Assembly: GCA_951406725.2 (NCBI GenBank)
Contig: OX597824.1
Span: 27,404,001 to 27,468,000 of the forward strand
From: Octopus vulgaris
Taxonomy: Eukaryota
Length of the DNA stretch: 64,000 nucleotides
Direction: 5' to 3'
Shown here: piece after piece, positions 54,442 through 64,000 of the stretch
How the letters are laid out: every line of letters starts with the position of its first letter
How positions within the stretch are numbered: the stretch's first letter is position 1
Translations under genes and position numbers: made by a program
The notes under the pieces: generated by a model
Told to the model about the DNA's origin: nothing
The model's database searches: none
What the model saw: the letters and a program-made list of their open reading frames with translations, nothing else

Positions 54442-54727
54442 TGGTTCCGAACCACTTTTTCCTAAGGACCCCACTTTCATTCCTAATTTACTCAGGTGGA
54501 CGCTCATAGCCATTCGATGTTTAAAAATTACCTGTTACGTTTTATAATTAAATATTAGGAATTCGATACAAATAAAACTAGCAAAATATTGTAGTGGTGT
54601 AGAATTGACTCTAATTTATTGTTCAGGAATTTTAACAAAACACTTTATCTACCCCCCCCCCACACACACACACACACCACCACCAGTCCCACCCAAGACA
54701 CATATAGAATCCAGTTGAGAGTCACTG
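54442..54727. mobile_element. Possible degenerate hAT-type MITE
   Basis: tggttccgaacc...ggacccc and ccagttgagagtcactg resemble MER5-like ends. Confidence 0.35.
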
Positions 54728-54952
54728 ATATAGTATGAATTGTTAAAAGACAATTTTTCAAATTTTTACGACGGAAGAGAAGACCTACGTCAGAGGGGGT
54801 CAGAATATAAAGAGATATTTTGACATTTCGCATAGGCAATTTACATAAGGTTCAGAAAAAAGATTTTTCGAGAACAGAGCGGAATTTAATATTAAATAGC
54901 TGACTAAGGAATAGGAAATTAAACAACGAACTCCATTAGCTTACAGATGTTT

Positions 54953-55151
54953 CTTATTTCTTTATTGCTCGCAAGGGGCTAAACATAGAGGGGACAAACA
55001 AGGATAGACAAACGGATTAAGTCGATTACATCGACCTCAGTGCGTAACTGGTACTTATTTAATCGACCCCGAAAGGATGAAAGGCAAAGTCGAAATACCG
55101 CTAAGCATTTCGTCCGACGTGCTAACGTTTCTGCCAGCTCGCCGCCTTTAC
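54953..55151 (-). mobile_element. SINE family A monomer (tail-1) with 13-bp TSD and the B-box region deleted
   Basis: cttacagatgttt at 54940-54952 and 55152-55164; junction aaagtcga|aataccg lacks the gaatttgaactc segment. Confidence 0.9.
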
Positions 55152-55232
55152 CTTACAGATGTTTTTACTATAAAATGCATTGCACTCAAAGCTGAGTGCT
55201 TCCGAGGAAGCTGTAAAGTGATGCAAGTATAT

Positions 55233-55420
55233 ATGAAGGGTTGCTGAAAGGCTCCTGGCGGCTGGATAAAAGAATATACAGAAGGATCAGCTAATTATGA
55301 TTTTATTCAATATATTCCACTCAAATTCAAACGCTTATTGCAGCAGAACTTCAGATTTTCTAAATCCTGTGAGAGAACTCGGAATTTTGGGGCCTGCAAC
55401 CAGACCTTCGTGATACTCTT
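55233..55420 (-). mobile_element. Mariner-derived right end or MITE remnant
   Basis: tatgaagggttgctgaaagg is TIR-like; the minus strand ends gctgcaataagcgt...tatattgaataa (cf. KCIxxxGxYVE*). Confidence 0.5.
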
Positions 55421-55942
55421 ATATATATTGATACAAGTGTTCATTTCCTCAGGCAATAATTAAATACACACACATACATACACACACATATACTTATATA
55501 TGTATATACTTATATGTCTGTAGGTTTGTATGACAAACGTAGCATATAATCTGTCACTATAGCGAAATACCGGTATTTCGGTTTTGCGTCTTGATTCACC
55601 AATGCCTTATGGATCAATTTGGTAGCCAGAAATTTCGTTGAGGCCCATGATATAATGCTGGGCTCAAATCTCATTTGCGAACCCATGAAAAACGAACCAC
55701 CTCTTACTACTGTTCCTATATATCTGTGCACACCTTTCAATGCCATGTATGCCACAAGGTCTGCCAAATAACTGAAGGGTGAAAATAAATTTTGAGATCC
55801 ACAAAGATCAGTGCAGCTCTTAGTAGTCCACATCAGGTATGCAATCTGGGTGTCTTTCCAATACGTTGTTTGGGTTAAAAAGCCAAATCAAACAAAATGA
55901 TGGGTCTGAGGTCTAAATACAAGAGGTGGTCAGACACTACAT

Positions 55943-56011
<69 letters not shown>

Positions 56012-56162
56012 AAATCAGAAAATGGAGAAATACATCTAAATCAGTAATCAACTATCAGATAATACCCAATCACATACTTTATTGAACCACTACATAAGAA
56101 CATTAAGGTTTAACAAAACAGCGTACATGAAATGAGTATATGTAAAATACAATAGGATTTTG

Positions 56163-56223
<61 letters not shown>

Positions 56224-56349
56224 GTATATGATAATTTCAATATTTAGTCCTATATGTACCTATCGTGGATAATGTCGTTCAATGATGATTGAGTTGCTTG
56301 AGGGTGATTCTGTCACTTAAACCTATCTATATCTATCTATCTATATATA

Positions 56350-56403
<54 letters not shown>

Positions 56404-57100
56404 CGTTCATATATACATGTACATATGTATGTGTGTGTGAGAGAGAGTGAGAAGAATGCTTGAGTGTGTCTGTTTGTGACAATGTACGTCTATGAAAATA
56501 TCTAATGTTTGTAGCTTAATTTTGTATCTTAGTGTATTAGATGAACACTTATTAACATTGTGACGTCTCAGAAATTTAGTAACTATATTCGCTACCAATA
56601 AATCTATAGTAATAGAATTTCCCTGAACTCAGCGGCTTAAGTAACAAATAAAATCACTCAGTTATAGATTTACTTCAATTCAATAATTTTTGTCAGCTTG
56701 ATAACATCGTCTGCTCTAATTGGTATCATCTCGTTCAGACGACGTTGTTAGGTTTTCACACCTGAAGCCATTATCATATACTGTTTAACATTTAACGATT
56801 TTCGTTATTGGAACGGGGAAGTACCGTTCTTAAGGGATTTCATCAACAGCATTTATTGAAGTCTGGAATGTATTTCGTCGAAGTCTAATTTTCGAATGTC
56901 TAATTTACTTATTTTTAACGCAAATGGATGCATAAATTCGTGCAACGATGTGCAGCGGATGATGGCTTAATCACTTTCACCATCAAGGTGACATCACTCG
57001 AAAGCTAAAACATTGCCAAGCGCATTGTGACCAGCGATGTATATAACAACATTCGTTAGTTTAGTTGCTCAAGGGATTACGTGGTGTAAATATGTGTAAA

Positions 57101-58186
57101 TTAGGTCGTCAAGTATGACATTTTTAGTAAGGTATATAGTAAATTTTGACAGCTGCTCATTTAGCGCCTTCATTATATTTTGACAATCTTTATTTTATGC
57201 TAGAAAGCTGACTCATCTATTTCTTTATTGTAGTTCATTTTGCGCTTTTATAAAGTATTTCTAAGTAGTTTTTTACTATTTTTGTTTAGAGATGGATAAG
57301 TCGGTAATTCGTACAGTTTTGAAATATGAGTTCTTTCTAGGAAAGGCAGCGTCACACACAGCTCGGAATACCAATGGAGTATTTCATTCTAATGTTATTA
57401 CACAGCAGACAGTATCAAATTGGTTTCCAAAATTTCGTAACTTTGACTTCACAAATGAGCAACGCGGTCGACCAGAAATGAACGTGAATAATGACGTACT
57501 GAAAGACAGCGTCGAGTCAGATTCATCTCAAAGTGCCTGTGAATTATCGTTGTTGTTTGGTGCTAGCAAGCAAACAACATTGACTCAATTAGTTCAAATC
57601 GGTAAAGTGAAAAGGTTGGATAAATGGGTTCCACATGAACTCAGTGAAAATCAGAAACAGCAACGTGTGGAAGCCTGTATTATGCTACTTGTTCGTCATA
57701 AAAATGAATCATCTTTTAATCGAATTTTAACATGTGATGAGAAATGGATCCAATACTACAACCGTAAACGTTCGGCACAATGGTTGGACAAAGACGAGCC
57801 ATCAAAATACAGCCCAAGAAGCAACATACATCGAAAGAAGCTGGTGATGTATGTTTGGTGGTCTGGCGTAGGCGAGATCCATTATGATTTCCTTAAACCT
57901 GGTTCATGAATCACGGCCAAAGTATACTGCAGCCAACTGGACCAAATGATGGAGAAACTTACGAAAAAATCAAAAACAAAACAGAGCCTAGATTAGTCAA
58001 CATATAAACTCCTATTTTGTTGCAAGACAACGCCAGACCAAACATCGATGTTTTACAGCATCCGACGATGCTGTAAAGCAGGTCTTCCAATATTTTATTC
58101 ACTCTAGATAGCCAAGCTTTTACAGATCCGGGTTGGACAAGCTACCGCTGAAATAGCAAAAGAGTATTGACAATATAGGTGCATAT
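57101..58186 (+). mobile_element. Near full-length dead mariner element
   Basis: Left TIR ttaggtcgtcaagtatgacattt; ORF 57292-57909; downstream ITAKVYCSQLD, PILLQDNARP, then SDDAVKQVFQYF...FYRSGLDKLPLK*QKSIDNIGAY; the YSPDL block is missing. Confidence 0.93.
57292..57909 (+). pseudogene. Mariner transposase, 205 aa open portion ending at a premature stop
   Basis: HTH region, GRP, WVPHEL, ILTCDEKWI (first catalytic D). Confidence 0.95.
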
Positions 58187-58462
58187 ATACGGGCTCAATT
58201 TTTTGTTCTTGAATTTTGTTCTATTTTTGTGGCTTAGTCTTGCTTAGTATGAAATAATATCTGCTACAAGTTTCATACAAGCTTGCTTCAAAGCAATAGG
58301 ATTATTACATCGGGATTTCGTTTCGACAATAGACACATATATGTATGCCTAAATCTATCGATATATATGCTTATGCATGTATATGTGTGTGTATGCGTGT
58401 GTGTGTGTGTATGAAATTTATATATATTCGTTCATCCATTGGTACATACACGGACGTAACAT

Positions 58463-58551
58463 ATCAGGTTGTCAAGTATGAAATTTGTAGAAAAGAAAGA
58501 AAATGTTTGCTAGTGTTTTATAAATACAAAGAAGAGTTTCATTCATCAAAG
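58463..58551 (-). mobile_element. Right end of the 57101 mariner family, inverted
   Basis: tcaggttgtcaagtatgaaattt matches the left TIR in the same orientation; minus strand reads ttt gat gaa tga (FDE*). Confidence 0.7.
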
Positions 58552-58591
58552 GTTAGTTTCTTCTGGTTTAAAATCAGAGACAGAACGATTT

Positions 58592-59202
58592 ATGATAGTA
58601 GCCCATGACCAATGCCAACCTACAAGGAACTACCAGGCCAACATCTTAAAGAGCGGCAGTAAACAACAAAATGAAAACATTGATCATGTTGTCTCCATGT
58701 GCAGCCTTCTTGCGACTACATTGTATCTCAACAGGTATTATAGAGCTGCACAGTATATTCACTGGATAATTTGCTAAGACTTGGACATGCTCCTTGATAA
58801 AAATTGGTAGGAACCCGAACCACCGCCAATGCTTGAAAATGATTACATCTCACTCCTTTGGAACTTCACCGTTCAACCTGAAAGAAAGATAGATGCAAAT
58901 AGACCACACAATACATTGAAGGATTTGAGTCCAGAATCATGCATCCTCATCGATATGTCTGTACTACCGGACACAAATGTATTTGTCAAGACCTACCAAA
59001 AACTGAGCTAGTATAAAGATCTTGAAACAGAAATTGTCAAAATTTGTAACCTCAAGACTAAAACAATACGTGTTGTCATAGGAATTATAACAGGGCCTGA
59101 TTGCTACCTAGTTCAGATAACAGGAAATCCAAAAATGGCAGAAATTCAAAAGATAGGGCTTATGGGAACTGTCCACATCCTACGTAAAATATTGTCTATG
59201 TA
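58592..59202 (+). pseudogene. Dong/R4-clade LINE C-terminal region (zinc-knuckle remnant plus restriction-like endonuclease)
   Basis: AHDQ..TRNY, ENIDHVVSMC, IHW, LENDYISLLWNF, ANRPH, LIDMSV, K..*YKDL, VVIG, IQKIGLMGTVHILRKILSM*; several in-frame stops. Confidence 0.85.
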
Positions 59203-59439
59203 ATCTTAAAAATATTTTAATCCGTATACAGTGTCAAAATACTTTTAAATGTACATAACAGTAAGCACATTTTATTGTTATCTAAATATCAGACTATCAT
59301 CTTATAATCAAATTACATTCAAAACGCAGTTCAAATTTCCTTCTGTTTTGACAGGCATTCTCTAGAACAATACTCTGCGTAAAACTAAATATATGACACC
59401 CTAGTGATAACACAAAATTGAACTTCTAACTTGTCTCTT

Positions 59440-60066
59440 GGGTTCAAATTTTGGCTGAAGGTCAGCAATTTCGGATTAGAGAGTAAGTCTACATCGACCC
59501 CAACGCTCACCTGATATTTATTTTATCGAAAGTGTTGAAAGGCAAAGTCGACTGATAGCACTTGTATTCAGAATGTAAAGACGGACATTTTGTCTGGTGT
59601 GCACAAGATTTTGCTACCTCGCCAAAACTGATGATGATAATGTTAATAATACTGATTAAAAATTTTGGCTCAAAGCCTGAAATATCGTCGGATAGGATAA
59701 GCCGATTAGACCCCAGTGTTCTACTAGTACCTATTTAATTAATTCCGAAAATTATGAAAGGCAAAATCGATCCCGGTGACAGTTGAACTCCAAAGGTAAA
59801 GAGAGACGAACCGCTGTGAAACAATTCACCCGGCATGCTAACGTTTCTGCCAGCTCGCCAATAATTTTAATGATAATAATCCTTTCTGCTATAAGCACAG
59901 GGCCTGAAATTTGGGGGAGGAGGACAGTCGAATTGGTACCTATTTTATCGGTTCCGAAATAATGAAAGATAAAGTGGACCTAGGTGGAATTTCATCTCAG
60001 AACGTGAAGACGGACGAAATACCGCTAAGTATTTTCCAGGTGTGTCAACGATTCTGCTAGCTCGCC
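59440..60066 (-). mobile_element. Three tandem old family A SINEs
   Basis: Units end ...ctcgcca at about 59623, 59860 and 60067. Confidence 0.8.
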
Positions 60067-60327
60067 AATAATTTTATTGATAATATATATAGTTTTATCG
60101 TAATAATTCTGATGCGCCTTCTATACGATCTTTTTACTCTTTCCTTTTTCTCTCTCTTATTCTTTTGCCTCCTCTTCTCCCACTATTCTATCCTATTATT
60201 CTGTCACTCTCCCTCCCTCACGCCTCCTCTTTTGCTCAAGTGGCTCCCACGTGACCATACGCCATTTTTCTTTCTTTGCGATGTTGGGGGACAAACACAA
60301 ACGCGTAAAAATACACACACACATACA

Positions 60328-60372
<45 letters not shown>

Positions 60373-60377
<5 letters not shown>

Positions 60378-60461
60378 CAACAATATTAAGGAATGAGTTT
60401 AGCTACTCTTTCTAGTGGGTCGAATGGGCTATCAGGGCCATTCCTTAATATTGTTGAAATT
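60373..60461. repeat. Perfect 23-bp inverted repeat with a 43-bp spacer in (TA)n
   Basis: aatttcaacaatattaaggaatg (60373-60395) and cattccttaatattgttgaaatt (60439-60461). Confidence 0.9.
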
Positions 60462-60584
60462 ATATATATATAGTCTGTGACTATTTTTTTTTCTCACTAG
60501 ACCGCTGGTGGCGAAAAATCATTCTTGAATTTTTTGCTACCCTTATATTGATATATATATATATATATATATACATCCATATAT

Positions 60585-60750
60585 ACGACAAGCTTCTTTC
60601 AGTTTCCATCTACCAAATTCACTCACAAAGCTTTGGTCGGCCCTAGGTTATAATAGAAGACACTTGGACAAGGTGCCACTCAGTGGAACTGAACCCAGAA
60701 CAATCTGGTTTGTAAGCAAGCTACTTACCACACATCCACTCCTACGTCTA
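60585..60750 (-). mobile_element. SINE family B, 5' half
   Basis: gcttctttcagtttccatctaccaaat...ctacttaccacac. Confidence 0.85.
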
Positions 60751-60933
60751 TACATTTGTGGACGCCATTTTTTTGTCGTAGTATACAGTTGCTAGGGATC
60801 AAAGAAACGAAAGTATGTTTTTAGCCTCCTGCATTTCTCTACGATTTTCGACACGATGATATGTATGCTTCGCTGTGGAACCTACTTGTTAGTTATTAAT
60901 TTCTAATCATCATAACTGATGATTAGATTATAG

Positions 60934-61200
60934 GCGCGGGAGTGGCTGTGTGGTAAGTAGCTTGCTAACCAACCACATGGTTCCGGGTTCAGTCCCACTG
61001 CGTGGCATCTTGGACATGTGTCTTCTGCTATAGCCCCGATGCTGATGTGTTTACATCCCCGTCACTTAGCGGTTCGGCAAAAAGAGACCGATAGAATAAG
61101 TACTGGGCTTACAAAGAATAAGTTCCGGGGTCGATTTGCTCGACCAAAGGCGGTGCTCCAGCATGGCCGCAGTCAAATGACTGAAACAAGTAAAAGAGTA
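60934..61200 (+). mobile_element. SINE family B lacking the central microsatellite module
   Basis: Head joined directly to tail at tatagcccc|gatgctgatgtg. Confidence 0.88.
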
Positions 61201-61349
61201 ACTGTTCTTTTTTTGTTCAATGCTCAAATGAGCGAATTAATCAGTTATTCAAATGTAATCAACTAGCTCCATCCCCCACAAAACTGCAGGCCCCGTGCTA
61301 ATATTAGAAAGTGTTATTATTTTTGCTGTTGTTGTTGTTGTTGTTATTA

Positions 61350-61413
<64 letters not shown>

Positions 61414-61447
61414 CATCATCATCATCATCATTATTTTTATTATCATT

Positions 61448-61937
61448 AAGGCGGAGATCTGGCAGAATCATTAGCACGCCAAAGCGAAATGTTTTGGCGG
61501 TATTTCGTCTGCCGCGGTCGACTTTGCCTTTCATCCTTTGGGGGTCGATAAATTAAGTACCAGTTACACACTGGGGTCGATGTAATCGACTTAATCCGTT
61601 TGTCTGTCCTTGTTTGTCCCCTCTGTGTTTAGCCCCTAGTGGGTAGTAAAGAATAGGTATTTCGTCTGCCGTTACGTTCTGAGTTCAAATTCCGTCGAGG
61701 TCGACTTTACCTTTCATCCTTTCGGGGTCGATAAATTAAGTACCAGTTACGCACTGGGGTCGATGTAATCGACTTAATCCGTTTCTCTGTCCTTGTTTGT
61801 CCTCTCTGTGTTTAGCCCCTTTTGGGTAGTACAGAAATAGATATTTCGTCCTTCTTCACATTCTGAGTTCAAATCCCGCCGAGGTCGACTTTGCCTTCCA
61901 TCCTTTTCAAACCTTGTGCCTATAGTAGAAAGGGTTA
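61448..61937 (+). mobile_element. Tandem SINE family A array: head, two tail-1 units, final tail-2 unit
   Basis: Repeat unit of about 183 bp joined at gaa(a)tag|(g/a)tatttcgtc; ends ccttgtgcctatagtagaaagg. Confidence 0.9.
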
Positions 61938-62017
61938 TTATCCTAAGACGTCTTGTCCACGAATAAACAAACGAACACAAATGAAAAACAAGAGCAATAA
62001 TAATAATAATAATAATT

Positions 62018-62056
<39 letters not shown>

Positions 62057-62608
62057 ATCGGGAGGTGAGGAGGAGAAAAAATTCCACAATTTCGTTACAT
62101 TTCTACGTTCAAACTGTTTCAATCTCTGTTCCTCATGGCTTTAGCACAGCATGTGTGGGAAGCAACAGTGAAGACATTTGTAGTAGTAGTAGCAGTAGTA
62201 GTAGTAGTAGGTTTTGGTAGAAGTGGCCTTTTATAATTGCCATTATTTCTGCGAACGCTTTTCGTTACTTTCACCACCAATCACACCGTTGCCACCACCA
62301 ATACAAATGATAGAATTTTCACTGGTGTTTTGTGTTGTTGGCGTTGACGATAATGCCAATCTTCACTGTGGATTATCCTTGTTGCTATTATCCTTCCCAT
62401 GGTTCTCGTTGCTTCTCAAATAGTTTTTTCCTCGAAATCCACCTCATTATCTGTGTAATGTTACTTTTTAATTTCTTTTTTTTTTGCTTTTACAAAGAAT
62501 GTGTTGGTGCCATTAATTAATTATATTATTTAATTCTTCACTCCATCTTATCTCACCCACATGCATCACCGTCTCTCACCCTCTTTCTCTCTCTCTCTTT
62601 TTCTTTTT

Positions 62609-62639
<31 letters not shown>

Positions 62640-63637
62640 CTCTCTTTCCCTCTCTCTCTTTTCTCTATCTTTTTTTCCTCTCTAATAAACATGCATTGTC
62701 TTTTATACAAACATTCCGCCTCACGGTTAAGTATCTATTTTCTTTCTTCCTTTCTCCCCCTCCACATTTCTCTCTCTCCCTCTCTCCTACACTCCCTCTC
62801 TCTCTCTCCACCCCTCTCTCTCATTCTTTCCAATTTCTGGTTCATTTCTTGTATTCATTCTCAGTGAAGCACTACACACACTACCAACACCATCTTATTA
62901 ATATCATTAATTATTTGATCGTAGTTTTCATCATGAACATCATCACCAACATCATCACTGTCGTCATTGGGGGTCATTATCCTCCTCCTCCTCCTCATCA
63001 TCATCATCATCATAATTATTATTATTATTATCATTATTATTATTATTATTATTACATTTAGATTTCGCTTCAATTTATACAAGCTGCATTCAAATCTTAA
63101 CCAAAGACGTCAACAGACATGTTTTTGCATTTAAAAGATGCTGACAGATGAGGTAGCCACCAGCTGAAAGAATCGATGTCTGAATGTGAATAGCAAATGT
63201 CCCTTAATAAAATATATAATAATACCGTAATAATAAGATTATATTAACATAAAAACGCAATTTACGTAAAATATGTGAGGTACCCACAATTTACTTATTT
63301 TGTGGATGCCAAGAATTTAGTCCAGATATCTGTTCGCTTCATTTGATATCATTCCAAGTGTTCCAATAACAGTAGTTAATGTTGCTTTGAGATGCTACAT
63401 TGGGGTGATAACCGTTTCCGAGTCGATGTATTTGAATGATTTTTTTACATGTTTTCAGTAATATGTTTTCGTTAGTCGGGGTTGCAACATTCATTGAAAG
63501 ATATTTTTTCGACATTAGTTTCCAGAAAGATATCTGGACAGTTTGCCTCATATACATGTATTTATACATATGTATGTGTGTGTGTATGTATGTATGTATG
63601 TATGTATGTATGTATGTATGTATATATTTATATATAT

Positions 63638-63691
<54 letters not shown>

Positions 63692-63780
63692 ATTTTAACC
63701 TTTAAAGGTATTTTAATATGCTGCCACTTTTTTGATGAAATTTTTATCTGTAAAAAATGTTCATCCTATATTATTATTAT

Positions 63781-63856
<76 letters not shown>

Positions 63857-64000
63857 GCTATCGCCAAGGTAACATGGCAGTCCAGGAAACTAGGACGAAT
63901 GCCGCCGTTGATTAGCTCTAAGACGCCATCGACTCTAGTTAGCTATGTGAAACACAAACCCCGAAACCAGTGGATATATTCTACTGAATATAGGTAAAGA

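Noticed and set aside
57292-57909. Active or domesticated (SETMAR-like) transposase
   Set aside because: Premature stop, downstream disruption, loss of the YSPDL block, and no fused domain

Overview
Eukaryotic, AT-rich, microsatellite-saturated non-coding DNA. The repeat content (tRNA-derived SINEs, mariner relics, Dong/R4 LINEs, very dense simple repeats) suggests an octopus or other coleoid cephalopod genome; this is an inference. I find no host protein-coding gene, and nearly all ORFs in the track are translated simple repeats. What is present: (1) about 40 SINE copies in several families (local labels A-F) that exchange head, body and tail modules, including head-to-tail SINE multimers; (2) dead Tc1/mariner transposases and MITEs, several with readable repair scars; (3) LINE relics (Dong/R4, RTE, a Jockey/CR1-like RT); (4) non-autonomous Helitron and Helentron elements; (5) a decayed initiator tRNA-Met gene; (6) three families of short Penelope-like terminal repeats with minimal hammerhead-ribozyme architecture but non-canonical cores. 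The best leads are the hammerhead-like elements, the TSD-bounded SINE concatemers, and a non-coding repeat found only inside (TAA)n tracts, near a (TAA)n-inserted Dong/R4 LINE end. Family names come from recalled motifs, not database searches. Boundaries of degenerate copies are approximate.
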